From Eledone cirrhosa (taxonomy: Eukaryota): a stretch of 64,000 nucleotides of DNA. The stretch spans positions 11,284,001-11,348,000 of the forward strand of contig OZ024754.1 in assembly GCA_964016885.1 (NCBI GenBank), read 5' to 3'. Shown here piece by piece: positions 26,060-41,073 of this stretch; position 1 is the stretch's first letter, and each line of letters begins with the position of its first letter. The position numbers and the translations under genes are program-made. A model generated the notes under the pieces. That model saw only the letters and a list, made by a program, of their open reading frames with translations, ran no database searches and was not told the DNA's origin.

Positions 26060-26209
26060 GTAATTATGTATGTTGTTTTGATGAAAATTGTATAACATAT
26101 TACTTCTATGTAAATAAACATTGAGTGTTTCATAAATTATCAAGATGAAGCATGAGAATATTTGAAATTTATAGAAATAAGTTGGAAACTTGAATGCAAG
26201 GAACAGCTA

Positions 26210-26427
26210 TTAACCCTTTAGCATTCACATTACTCTATAAATACTATTATATTTTCATGGTAAAGGCTTTACTTCGCATAATTATCTCACATAATATCGA
26301 ATCTATGAGATTTTGAAAGTATTTATTTTGAGAACAATACCTTAACATCATTATGAGTGGCCAGTTACAGCCAGTTTCAACAGAAAGAGGTAGAGAATTC
26401 TGGCCGGTTTGAACATTAAAGGGTTAA
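26210..26427 (+). mobile_element. piggyBac-type MITE
   Basis: TTAA-CCCTTTAGCATT ... TAAAGGG-TTAA. Confidence 0.85.
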
Positions 26428-26485
26428 AACAGGTGAATGCCTGCAATGACATATCTTTTTAGGTTTGTAATTTTAATCTCCCCCA

Positions 26486-26906
26486 TTAACCCTTTAATAT
26501 TTACATTACTCACTATATTTACTATTGTATTTGCGTGGTAAAGGCTTTATCTCACATAATATCAAATCTATGAGATTTTGATGATGAAATTATTTATTTT
26601 GAGAACAATACCTTAACATAGGTATAAGCAGCCGGTTATGGCTGGTTTGAACAGTAAGAGGTGAGGGAATTCTGGCCAGATACGGCCAATTTAAATGCTA
26701 AAGGGTTAAACCGGCCATATCCAGCCAGAATTCTCTCACCGCATTCTGTTCAAACTGGCAGTAACTGGCCCCTCATACTGATGTTAAGGTATTGTTTTCA
26801 AAATAAATAACATCAAAATCTCATAGATTCGATATTATGTAAGGTAAAGCCTTTACTGTGAAAATACAATAGTAAATATAGAGTAATGTAAATACTAAAG
26901 GGTTAA
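26486..26906. mobile_element. Two abutting inverted piggyBac-type MITE copies (26486-26709 +, 26706-26906 -)
   Basis: TTAA-CCC...GGG-TTAA, then a reverse copy that starts at the shared TTAA and ends CTAAAGGG-TTAA. Confidence 0.85.
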
Positions 26907-27209
26907 TCTCCAATCTTAGAGTAACCTTAATCTCCATTTGTCTTCTGTTCTTCTTTACTTATCACACCTACATACCAACAGACCTCTCTCAATCATTTAC
27001 GTTTCATCTACTTTCCATCTCTCCATAGCGACCACTTGTCTCTATTTTCTATCCATGTTGCTGTCATGACGATATTCACCTCTTCTAACACTCTTCGTTG
27101 TATCTGAGTTTTCAACTTATTTCTATAAATTACTTCAATGACTTTTCTTTTCAGATAACAATAATTGTTTATTTTATATCCTAGTTTATTGAGATAATTT
27201 CTTTTTCAG

Positions 27210-27366
27210 ATTTCCAATGCTTTGATAAATCGTGTTTCTACAGCAGATGAAAATTTCAATAGAGAAATTGAATTAACAGCTCGAATTTCACCAAAATTTG
27301 AATTAGGTTTTGACAACGAACACATTTTACATTCAATAGAGAATATGGACTTTTATGAAATGAAAG
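27210..27366 (+). CDS. TRIM9: TRIM9/TRIM67-like exon (COS box)
   Basis: TTTCAG| ... AAG|GTAAAG, 157 nt, phase 0-1. Encodes ISNALINRVSTADENFNREIELTARISPKFELGFDNEHILHSIENMDFYEMK, similar to ISDALIRRV...LLQSIHQLDFVQVK. Confidence 0.92.
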
Positions 27367-27502
27367 GTAAAGAAATGTACTTGTTCTTCATACAATAGTA
27401 ACAGAATGACAAAAGAGGACACTATAGATATAATCCCATCATTATTTTTGTTCCACACCAACAATTTTCTTAATAATTAAGTATTTCTTCCATTTCTAAA
27501 GC

Positions 27503-30500
27503 TTATCTATTTAGCATTTACATTACTCTATATTTACTATTATATATTTACATTACTCTATATTTACTATCATATATTTACATTACTCTATATTTACTAT
27601 TATATATTTACATTACTCTATATTTACTATTATATATTTACATTACTCTATATTTACTATTATATATTTACATTACTCTATATTTACTATTATATATTTA
27701 CATTACTCTATATTTACTATTATATATTTACATTACTCTATATTTACTATTATATATTTACATTACTCTATATTTACTATTATATATTTACTATTATATA
27801 TTTACATTACTCTATATTTACTATTATATATTTACTATTATATATTTACATTACTCTATATTTACTATTATATATTTACATTTCTCTATATTTACTATTA
27901 TATATTTACATTACTCTATATTTACTATTATATATTTACATTACTCTATATTTACTATTATATATTTACATTACTCTATATTTACTATTATATATTTACA
28001 TTACTCTATATTTACATTACTCTATATTTACTATTATATATTTACATTACTCTATATTTACTATTATATATTTACATTACTCTATATTTACTATTATATA
28101 TTTACATTACTCTATATTTACTATTATATATTTACATTACTCTATATTTACTATTATATATTTACATTACTCTATATTTACTATTATATATTTACATTAC
28201 ACTATATTTACTATTATATATTTACATTACACTATATTTACTATTATATATTTACATTACTCTATATTTACTATTATATATTTACATTACTCTATATTTA
28301 CTATTATATATTTACATTACTCTATATTTACTATTATATATTTACATTACACTATATTTACTATTATATATTTACATTACACTATATTTACTATTATATA
28401 TTTACATTACTCTATATTTACTATTATATATTTACATTACTCTATATTTACTATTATATATTTACATTACTCTATATTTACTATTATATATTTACATTAC
28501 ACTATATTTACTATTATATATTTACATTACACTATATTTACTATTATATATTTACATTACTCTATATTTACTATTATATATTTACATTACTCTATATTTA
28601 CTATTATATATTTACATTACACTATATTTACTATTATATATTTACATTACTCTATATTTACTATTATATATTTACATTACTCTGTATTTACTATTATATA
28701 TTTACATTACTCTATATTTACTATTATATATTTACATTACACTATATTTACTATTATATATTTACATTACTCTATATTTACTATTATATATTTACATTAC
28801 TCTATATTTACTATTATATATTTACATTACTCTATATTTACTATTATATATTTACATTACTCTATATTTACTATTATATATTTACATTACTCTATATTTA
28901 CTATTATATATTTACATTACACTATATTTACTATTATATATTTACATTACACTATATTTACTATTATATATTTACATTACACTATATTTACTATTATATA
29001 TTTACATTACTCTATATTTACTATTATATATTTACATTACTCTATATTTACTATTATATATTTACATTACTCTATATTTACTATTATATATTTACATTAC
29101 TCTATATTTACTATTATATATTTACATTACTCTGTATTTACTATTATATATTTACATTACACTATATTTACTATTATATATTTACATTACACTATATTTA
29201 CTATTATATATTTACATTACTCTATATTTACTATTATATATTTACATTACTCTATATTTACTATTATATATTTACATTACTCTATATTTACTATTATATA
29301 TTTACATTACTCTGTATTTACTATTATATATTTACATTACTCTATATTTACTATTATATATTTACATTTCTCTATATTTACTATTATATATTTACATTAC
29401 TCTATATTTACTATTATATATTTACATTACTCTATATTTACTATTATATATTTACATTACTCTATATTTACTATTATATATTTACATTACTCTATATTTA
29501 CTATTATATATTTACATTACTCTATATTTACTATTATATATTTACATTACTCTATATTTACTATTATATATTTACATTACTCTGTATTTACTATTATATA
29601 TTTACATTACTCTATATTTACTATTATATATTTACATTACTCTATATTTACTATTATATATTTACATTACTCTGTATTTACTATTATATATTTACATTAC
29701 TCTATATTTACATTTCTCTATATTTACTATTATATATTTACATTACTCTATATTTACTATTATATATTTACATTACACTATATTTACTATTATATATTTA
29801 CATTACTCTATATTTACTATTATATATTTACATTACTCTATATTTACTATTATATATTTACATTACTCTATATTTACTATTATATATTTACATTACTCTA
29901 TATTTACTATTATATATTTACATTACACTATATTTACTATTATATATTTACATTACTCTATATTTACTATTATATATTTACATTACTCTATATTTACTAT
30001 TATATATTTACATTACTCTATATTTACTATTATATATTTACATTACTCTATATTTACTATTATATATTTACATTACTCTATATTTACTATTATATATTTA
30101 TATTACTCTATATTTACTATTATATATTTACATTACTCTATATTTACTATTATATATTTACATTACTCTATATTTACTATTATATATTTACATTACTCTA
30201 TATTTACTATTATATATTTACATTACTCTATATTTACTATTATATATTTACATTACTCTATATTTACTATTATATATTTACATTACTCTATATTTACTAT
30301 TATATATTTACATTACTCTATATTTACTATTATATATTTACATTACTCTATATTTACTATTATATATTTACATTACTCTATATTTACTATTATATATTTA
30401 CATTACTCTATATTTACTATTATATATTTACATTACTCTATATTTACTATTATATATTTACATTACTCTATATTTACTATTATATATTTACATTACTCTA

Positions 30501-31180
30501 TATTTACTATTATATATTTACATTACTCTATATTTACTATTATATATTTACATTACTCTATATTTACTATTATATATTTACATTACTCTATATTTACTAT
30601 TATATATTTACATTACTCTATATTTACTATTATATATTTACATTACTCTATATTTACTATTATATATTTACATTACTCTATATTTACTATTATATATTTA
30701 CATTACTCTATATTTACTATTATATATTTACATTACTCTATATTTACTATTATATATTTACATTACTCTATATTTACTATTATATATTTACATTACTCTA
30801 TATTTACTATTATATATTTACATTACTCTATATTTACTATTATATATTTACATTACTCTATATTTACTATTATATATTTACATTACTCTATATTTACTAT
30901 TATATATTTACATTACTCTATATTTACTATTATATATTTACATTACACTATATTTACTATTATATATTTACATTACTCTATATTTACTATTATATTTTTG
31001 GTAAAGGCCTTTACCTTACATAACTATCTCACATAATATCAAATCTATGAGATTTTGATATTATTCATTTTGAGAACAATATCTTAACATAAGTATGAGT
31101 GGCTAGTTACAGATGGTTTGACCAAAAAGAGGTGAGAGAATTCTGGCCAGATACAGCCAGTTTAAATGCTAAAAGGTTAA
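27503..31180 (+). mobile_element. piggyBac-type MITE inflated by an internal 30-bp array
   Basis: Starts TTTAGCATTTACATTACTC, resumes the normal MITE body at ~31000 and ends AAATGCTAAAAGG-TTAA. Confidence 0.85.
27516..30996. repeat. 30-bp AT-rich minisatellite (~115 units)
   Basis: Unit ATTTACATTACTCTATATTTACTATTATAT. Confidence 0.97.
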
Positions 31181-31206
31181 GTAAATGTTTCTCTTGTTTA
31201 TTGCAG

Positions 31207-31346
31207 CTCCAGGCCGGCCTGTGATAATTCCCGAAGACTGCAGTGCTGAGAATAACAGTGTTACCATAGCATGGCAGCCACACCCAAGTGGTATTGTTGA
31301 AACTTTTACTTTGGAACTGGATGATGGCAATAGTGGAAATTTTAGG
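31207..31346 (+). CDS. TRIM9: TRIM9/TRIM67-like exon (FN3, first half)
   Basis: TTGCAG| ... AGG|GTAAGT, 140 nt, phase 1-0. Encodes APGRPVIIPEDCSAENNSVTIAWQP...TLELDDGNSGNFR. Confidence 0.95.
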
Positions 31347-31371
31347 GTAAGTAAAACATCTTTATCATCAT

Positions 31372-31728
31372 GTTAGTGACACAACAAAAAGCCCCCAGTC
31401 CACCCTGTAAAGTGGTTGTGTTGGTGACACAACAAAAATCCCCCAGTCCACCCTGTAAAGTGGTTGTGTTGGTGACACAACAAAAATCCCCCAGTCCACC
31501 CTGTAAAGTGGTTGTGTTGGTGACACAACAAAAAGCCCCCAGTCCACCATGTAAAGTGGTTGTGTTGGTGATACAACAAAAAGCCCCCAGTCCACCCTGT
31601 AAAGTGGTTGTGTTGGTGACACAACAAAAAGCCCCCAGTCCACCATGTAAAGTGGTTGTGTTGGTGATACAACAAAAAGCCCCCAGTCCATCATGTAATA
31701 GAGATCATGTTGGTGACACAACAAAAAG
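31372..31728. repeat. 48-bp array (~7 units) derived from SINE/RTE tail sequence
   Basis: Unit GTGACACAACAAAAAGCCCCCAGTCCACCCTGTAAAGTGGTTGTGTTG. Confidence 0.9.
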
Positions 31729-31931
31729 CGTTCTGAGTTCAAATCCTGCTGAGGTTAGCTTTGCCTTTCATCCTTTCAGGGTTGATAAAATGAAGCACCA
31801 GTAATGCACTGGGGGTAATTGCTGGCTTTGTGCCAAAATTATTTGAAAAAAATATTGTGTTGGTACTTGTTGGCAAGATGGTTAACAATGATGATGATGA
31901 TGATGATGATGTAGTAACAGTATAAAACTGA

Positions 31932-32950
<1,019 letters not shown>

Positions 32951-33148
32951 CAATCTCTGCTTTTTGTGAGTTTGAAATGGCTAAAATGATCGTTTCGTGC
33001 AATAATTGTTTTAGTTTCAACACACAGTCTCAGATCAAGTCACTTGTATATGATCTGATGCCTTTCATGATTCACTGTCAAAATCAGTGAAGATGTATTT
33101 AGCAAAAGGAAGGCCAGAATTAAGAGGGCTTGAAAATAAACTGAAGAT

Positions 33149-33367
33149 TTAACCCTTCAGCATTTAAACCAGCCAGAATTCTCTCACCACTTTCTGTTCA
33201 AACTGGCTGTAACTGGCTGCTCATACCTACATTAAGGTATTGTTCTCAAAATAAATACCATCAAAATCTCGTACATTCGATATTATGTGATATAATTATG
33301 TAAGATAAAGCCTTTACTGTGAAACTACAATAGTAAATATAGAATAATATAAATGCTAAAGGGTTAA
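33149..33367 (-). mobile_element. piggyBac-type MITE
   Basis: TTAA-CCCTTCAGCATTT ... AAATGCTAAAGGG-TTAA. Confidence 0.88.
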
Positions 33368-33417
33368 AGTATTTAAAATATTCCAATGATTTTAAGATTT
33401 GGACAATATTGCTCATT

Positions 33418-33633
33418 TTAACCCTTTAGCATTTACATTACTCTATATTTATTATTATATTTTCATGATAAAGGCTTTGTCTCACATAATATCGAATCTA
33501 TGAGATTTTGATATTATTTATTTTGAGAACAATACTTTAACATCAGTATCAACGGCCAGTTACAACCAGTTTAAATAGAAAAAGGTGAGAGAATTCTGGC
33601 CGGATATGGCCAGTTTAAATGCTAAAGGGTTAA
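33418..33633 (+). mobile_element. piggyBac-type MITE
   Basis: TTAA-CCCTTTAGCATTT ... AAATGCTAAAGGG-TTAA (perfect TIRs and TSD). Confidence 0.9.
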
Positions 33634-33711
33634 ATGTGAATTTTTTGTGGCCATACAATATAGGTAACATGTTTTCATGATGAAATTAAGTACAAATTTG
33701 TTTTATTGTAG

Positions 33712-33755
33712 GATTTGCAGTTCCATTTGCTTGCCTTAATGTGGCTTCTAATCAG
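33712..33755 (+). CDS. Candidate 44-nt exon of the TRIM9-like gene
   Basis: TTTTATTGTAG| ... CAG|GTAACC. Open in the incoming phase 1 (GFAVPFACLNVASNQ). No homology recognised. Confidence 0.35.
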
Positions 33756-34417
33756 GTAACCTGCTTTCTTTATATTTATTTATGACAACATAAACAACAG
33801 GCTACATTCAATGAGTATTTCTTTCTACATTATTCTAACTGTCGGTGGATTGGCAGTATCAGTAGAGGGTCGGACGCCATGCTTTGCAGCATAGTTACGG
33901 CCCTTTCGATCTGAGTTCAAATTCCGCCGAGGTTAACTTTGCCTTTCGTCCTTACCGGGTCGATAAAATAAAGTACCAGTAATGCACTGGGATAATTGCT
34001 GGCCTTGTGCCTAAAGTAGAAACAATTATTCTAACTGTGAAAGTTTTTAAGAAAGCAGAACAGACACTTAAGGAGGCAGTCAATCTAGTTTCTCTGAATT
34101 AGCTATTTACAAACCATTTTCAGCCCAGGTCAATTTATCTCTTCTGCCTGCTACTAGTACCATATAATCCAGTACAACCTGCTTCATGGTTGGGTGGTCA
34201 GCAACTAAACCAGCTCCCCCCATCAAACTCTGATCTAGTGTTAAGGGTAAGTGGAATCCTAGCAGCACAAAAAACAAGAGCTGTTAAAACGGTGGATGAA
34301 TTCCTCAGAGTCAATAGCCATCTACCCCAACTATGGGTTAAACAGCCTCGCTAAGCGTGGTGGGTTTGGCTACAACCCTGACATGATCAAAACTAAACAG
34401 AAAGTGGTGGAGGATAG

Positions 34418-34778
34418 AGGGTGAGGGAGAGGGGAAGAGAGAGATATAGAGGGTGAGAGAGAGATATAGAGGGTGAGAGAGAGATGTAGAGGGTGAGAGG
34501 GGAATATAGAGGATGAGAGAGATATATATAGAGGGTGAGAGAGAGATATAGAGGGTGAGAGAGAGATATAGAGGGTGAGAGAGAGATGTAGAGGGTGAGA
34601 GAGAGATGTAGAGGGTGAGAGAGAGATGTAGAGGGTGAGAGAGAGATGTAGAGGGTGAGAGGGGGATATAGAGGATGAGAGAGAGATATATAGAGGGTGA
34701 GAGAGAGATATAGAGGGTGAGAGAGAGATATAGAGGGTGAGAAAGAGATGTAGAGGGTGAGAGAGAGAGATGGAGAGG
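34418..34778. repeat. ~20-bp GA-rich minisatellite
   Basis: Unit GAGAGAGAT(A/G)TAGAGGGTGA. Confidence 0.9.
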
Positions 34779-35212
34779 TGTGGGACCTTGTAGGTTGATT
34801 CTAATGAATTATTTATGCACTGTAAAGTGGTCGTGTAGGAGACACGGTAAAAAGGCTCCCAGTGCACATTGTTTAACATCTATCTTCCACACTAGCATAG
34901 GTTAGACGGGTTTGTCCCATTTGAGGCAAGTTGGGTCAGGTGACTGTGTCTCGCTCATATATAATGCCAACCACATTTACAGTGTGGACTGTGTGCTTTT
35001 TGACGAGTCTTCTATATGACCACTTTACAGTGTGGGCTGTTTGTTTTGTGGTAGCAACATAACTTTACAGAGTAAGTGTGGTGATGCAGTAAATTAGTTA
35101 TGCTAAGTAATTATTTATATTTGGGGAGGGTCATGTTGTTATAATATTGCCAGAAATATATAATTATTTATACATTCAGAAATAATTCTTGATTATCTCT
35201 TTCTTATTTCAG

Positions 35213-35271
35213 TGGCATCGTTTTGTCTGAACTTCTATTTCAAGCAGCTGGTAAATGGAAAGCTTTACTGA
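35213..35271 (+). CDS. Candidate terminal coding exon of the TRIM9-like gene (SPRY-less end)
   Basis: Strong acceptor TCTCTTTCTTATTTCAG. In phase 1 it gives VASFCLNFYFKQLVNGKLY*, beginning like the VAWF start of the TRIM9 SPRY exon. Confidence 0.5.
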
Positions 35272-37493
35272 AACAAAGGAAATACATTAGTTAATTCTTT
35301 GGTTTAATCACCGTATTTATTATTATCTTGTGTTATAGTTTTCTTTTACACTTGTCTAGGTTTTACTACCATTTATATTTTGTCTTCTGAATAAATTATT
35401 GTTCACAATAAAAGCACACATGCAGATATAGAACATGTGTACACACACACATACACAAACACAAATACACATACACACGTATATATGTGTGTGTGTTTAT
35501 ATATATATAATGTGTATATGTATATATAATGTATATATATATATGTATATATGATGTATATATATATATGTATATATAATGTATATATATATACGTATAT
35601 ATAATGTATAAATATATGTATATATAATATATAAATATTCGTATATATAATATATATATGTATATATAATATATATATATATGTATATATAATATATATA
35701 TATGTATAATAATATATCATTTCATTTTGTTGGTTTCATAGTTAATATCATTTTTTTATCGAATTTTCTTATAAATCTGTTTCAAATCCTAAAACCTGGT
35801 TATTTCAATGATATATAAACCTTGTGGTGAGTGTTGTAGTGTAGGATAGAGATAAGTTCCTAGCAAGCACTAAATCCACAACCCATTTTCTAATCCCAGA
35901 TATAGTAATTCCACTTTACCTCAATAACTACCCCCGAAAAAAAAGAAACATGGACTTTATATTTTTTTCTTTTTCTTCCTTTTTTGCTCCCAGTACAAAC
36001 CTCCATAATTCAGTAATTTCCAGTTGCTTTCATTGAAAATATAATCTTAGAGAAAAATTATGTATATAATCATTCGTATAGGAAAGCTTAATGTATGTAT
36101 GGTCCCGTAACTCCTGAGGGAGTCATAGGGGTGCTGTAGTGACATACAGCATTTCTAGGGCCTTTTTGTTTTTAAACCTGGTGGAGCGCATCTCCTCACC
36201 AGTTCTGAATACAGCAGATTTCTTCCAGAGAAGGATAGAGAGTGAGATAATGAAAGTGAGAAAGAGATATAGAGGAAGATTTGACCCCAGTTCTCGACTG
36301 GTATTTTTTTATCGACTTCAAATGGATGAAAGGCAAAGTTGACATGGGGTGGGGGGATTTGAACTCAGAGAGCACAGAGCTGAAATGAATACTGCAAAGC
36401 ATTCTATCCAATGTTCTAGCAATTCTGCTAATTTGTCACCTAGGAAAGCTTAATACTTACTGTTAAGTAACTTTTCACTTTCATAATGCAGTAAAACAAA
36501 TGTGAAACAGTAGTGTATTCATGCATAGTTATATCCACACACATAAACTAGATATACACACATTTATATGGTTTCATTTACACACTTTTTATACATTATT
36601 CATTAGGTTATACTTTAACTTGTATTATATTGTGATAATGATGGTGATGATGATTAACAAAATTTTGTTTTTTACTGAGAATGGTTGTGATATTTCTAAT
36701 GCTTACTAACTTTTTTCAAATGTGAAATTTGTTTAAAGATATTATATATAATATATATATTAATTAACCAGAAGAACTAGTATATATCTATGATCATAAG
36801 GCTGACTAACTGGAACACATGCAGTTCTTATAGTAATGTCAAAATTTATTTCTATTTAAATATTATGACATTTTCTTCAAACATTTCCTCACAACAATTT
36901 CAATAATATTCTAAATAATAATTGTGTTAGTGAACTAATTAACAAACTCCATTACTTATTTATCTTCTTATAATAAGCTATTTAAAAAAATATATATATT
37001 ATTTGGAATTCTGACTTTAAAAATTTAGTAAATACTCACCCTGAGTGCTTCAATGGTGGCTACCACACTGAAAATTTCATTAAAAAAATGGAAGTACAAA
37101 AACTTTCTGCTGTCTGTTTCTCAAATTAAATATACCTGCAGACTTCATCTTTCTTATAATTTCATCATAATCAGGTCTAATTTCTAACTGACATAACTAT
37201 TATATACTATATTTAATATAGTACTTTCACTGTGATCTTTCCTTTGTATCTCTGATTTTGCAATTTTATGTCCATCAAACAAAATCACAATAATTGCCTC
37301 ATTATTGAAACATACAATTGTTCAACCATTTTATTTGTCCAAACAAGATGCATCAAATATAATTGTTTTCCTTGAAAATATTGAATTGTGAATAGTTGGT
37401 TGATAAAATGCTTCATCAGAATCATAGACACATACTTTTATCAAACTATGTATATTTTACATCTGACATTTGACCTGCTGTGTGGATTTACGT

Positions 37494-37715
37494 AGAGGCA
37501 CATGTCCTATTGGTAAGGGTGTTGGACTTACAATCATAATGTCATGGATTCGATTTCTGGACTTGAGTTGTGTCTTGAGCAGACACTTCATTTCACATTG
37601 CTCTAGTATACTCAGCTGAAAATGAGTACCAGTAGTTGCTGGGGGGGTTTAACCCTATGATGGACTAGCATCTTGAACTCTCAGTCATTTCACGTCATGG
37701 GAACTGGGATCAAGA
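37494..37715 (+). mobile_element. Old tRNA-derived SINE
   Basis: Degenerate A/B boxes, CTTGAGCAGACAC core and CTCAGCTGAAAATGAGTACC. Confidence 0.65.
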
Positions 37716-40700
37716 CAGACTTTATATAAACTGTTGTCGTTTGTCTCTTACATTGTTGATGACAATAAAAACTTACTAAAGTCTTGCATTTTATTAATCT
37801 TCACTACCATTTGTTGGTTATCAATTCCACAATTATCTCTTGATTCTTATTGATTGTAATCTCTTATTAACCCTATTGATAACTCTATACTAGAATGCAT
37901 TCTCTGTCCAGCCTGCTTTGTTCCAGAGATATCTTTATATTAATATGATATCATTATACAACCGATGCTTGCTCTTTTCATTTCCTTCTCTCACTGTTGT
38001 ATACGACAAGAAGAAGGAAATAAACAGTGGCATCATGCAGGTTACTTTTTAACATAATAGTTGGTATCTTCTCAAACTAATACATATTTCATGATTATTG
38101 AATGAGGATCTCAAAACACTGCTGTCTTTATATACTTAACATGTTGGGAATGTTCAGTCATTTCCACTTGTAAGGCTTACATTTTGTTCAATTTTCTTGA
38201 TTCCAATAAAAATGAAAATTAAGTGATCTTCACATATATAAAATACAACCATATCAACTCTGAATAGAGTAAAATTTGCTGTAAAAATTGCTTAGACAAT
38301 AGCCAGACGGTTCTCAATATATCTAGTGTTTGCTAAATTATGTCCCTTGGTTCGCTCTCACTGTTGGCATTTGTTTATCACATCTTTCATCTCTTACAAA
38401 AGGATCACTGCCGAATTTCTTACCTTATTCAATCCCAATGGATAGTTATACTACCCTCTCTTTATGGTGTTACTGTTGTTATCTATGAAAACTTTTCATG
38501 ATGAGTAAAGCATAATTACTTCCTGAGTAGTCTGGCATAACATAGAAGACTCTACCTTCAGATGTTATCTCTTCCTTCTCAGAATTAAATTGAAACACAA
38601 CAGAGAATTATAATTGTTATTGTTATTGATGTACAAATTCTAGCAAACTGGCTAACTCTACTTTTTGCTTTCTATAAAATGATTTGCATTATGCTATCTA
38701 TTAACAAATATAAGATAAAATGGTTACATTGAAGAATTCTTTTTACATGTAGTAAAACAAGGGGTAGAGATTAAGTTCAGTGAGAGTAGAATCACTTATT
38801 TGCTTCAGACATGTTGAAGAGCCTCAAGGGAGGTAACTTGCTGTAAATAGGAATAAACAAATTAACAATATTGGAAGAGATAACATTTTAACATTTCCCA
38901 TATATGCCTAAAATACCATTTCCATATATGGAAATGATATTTTATGCTAAAATTTTATTCTTATCCATGGTTGGAGAAGTTGCTCCTTACTTTATATATT
39001 AATTTCATCTTCAATACCTCATATATTTATTTTATCTCCAGTATTACATATATTTAGTTTATCATGGATACATTTGATAGATTTGGTAGACTAGAGGCCT
39101 TAAAATATCTAGTTTGGTGACATTGGGTATTAGAAAATTTATTAACTCTGGGATGGGGGTATTTAAGTGTGTAATTGAATCAACTAACTTTACTCTTTTC
39201 TCTGAAAAATTGATTGTATACACACTTAAAACAAATCTTTGTTATATAAGATAAAAGACGGCACTCTTCATTAATGAAATCCATTTATATTTTCAGGATG
39301 AAACATTTCTGATATAAAAAAAATTATAAAGGTTTTCTTTCTTATGACTGAATTGTAAGTTTGTTACAACTCAACATCATCATCATATCCTAATTTATTT
39401 CTAATATTTTTTTTTTAGTTTTATTTACATTTGTGTTGGTTATTTTTTAACTTTCTATTGTCCCCGCTCCCCCATATATTAGAAAATGTAAAGTGAAAGA
39501 ATTTATCAGAATTTTGTGCAACAATATTATCTATGTAAAACTGATATATACATAACTCTCTGTGGATTTGTTTTGGGTTGTTTTAAATGTTATTTTCATA
39601 TTCATAATCTGTTAGGGAAATATCTAAAGTCAAGTTGTATTATTAATATGTTGAGTGGTAGAGAACTTCTTTTGGAACCAAATCTTTTGTCTCCTTCATT
39701 TCAACAAATCTCTACTACTGTATTTCATTTTCTTTCTCAGAATTTCTCTAATATTTTGATAAAAATGGGTAAGAAACAAAATGCATTATAGAAACAATTT
39801 GATTTGTGTATCTTTATTAGTTCTTTAAACTTTTGTAAATAATGGTTAGGATTTTTAATATGGTTCACATTGGTTTAAATCTTTTAAATAAGAATAAATT
39901 TGCATTTCTTTGTTGATATTAAATTAAAGCAATTTACTAAAAAATAAAATTTTGTAAAAACTTCTATTCTGTTCAATTAATTGCCATTATAAAAAAAATA
40001 TTTAAATGGAAAAAGAAATTTAAATTTAGTATCTACTGCTGAATAATTTTTAGTTTTCAACATAGTTCTAGAAGGAATTATGATAGCACTAAACAAACCA
40101 TTTACATATTTTTATACACATTGACGATGGGATACCAGTGTATATATGCTGACTTGATCTTTGATTTTAAAATTGTTTACTGTATTGATCCATGAGTTTT
40201 GTTGATATCTAACTATGGATTTACAGATATATACATTTGCTAAACACAGTAAATTATTTTAATTTTATTTATCAATTTTTAAAAATTGTTTTCATTTACT
40301 GTAATGTTGTTTAATTTAGAACTTTTTTTAAAACTCTGGTATCTTACAATTTTATTCATAGCATTTAGTTATATTTACATTTATATATATGAAAAAGAGT
40401 AAAGATTTTTTTTTTTTTGTTTTTTTTTTTTTTTGTTAAGGAAATCTAAAAAAAAAAAAAATAACAATGTTTTTTTTCCTCCCCCCACAAATGCTGAGTA
40501 TTTTAAACATGACTTAAACATACTTTCTTGTTGCAAAATTCATGCTGTTATCCATTAATTATCATTTGGAATAAATATTGATGAAATATCTTAAATTGTT
40601 CAGAACATTGTGACTTATATTCCATGTAAATTATTCAAACAAGTTTAAATTATGCAGTTACCTTTGAAATGTTTATTGTAAATTTAAAACAGTAAATATC

Positions 40701-40725
40701 ATATCCTTAACATTTTATCTGTAAG

Positions 40726-40736
40726 AATAAAAATAA
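40726..40736 (+). terminator. Candidate tandem poly(A) signals
   Basis: Overlapping AATAAA hexamers at the end of a ~4-kb repeat-poor AT-rich stretch. Weak evidence in AT-rich DNA. Confidence 0.25.
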
Positions 40737-41073
40737 ATTATACAAATTTATGAAGAATTGTAATATCATTTGCAGCTGTACTAATTTTATTATTCTTTCC
40801 TATTTACTAAAATAACAAATTATCATAAATTAATATATATGCCGTCTAACCCATGCTAGCGTGGAAGAACGGACGTAAAACGGTGATGATGATATAAAAT
40901 TTTATATATTTATATTTATTTATATATATTTATATATATGTAGATAAATCTACCAAGAGTTTACGGTAGTGTCCAATCCGTATGAAGAACTCAATGTAAT
41001 CCGGATATCATGGAAAGAAGAGATGCAATGAAAAATCACTTTCGGTGAAAGATAAACGGAATACAGAGTCAAG

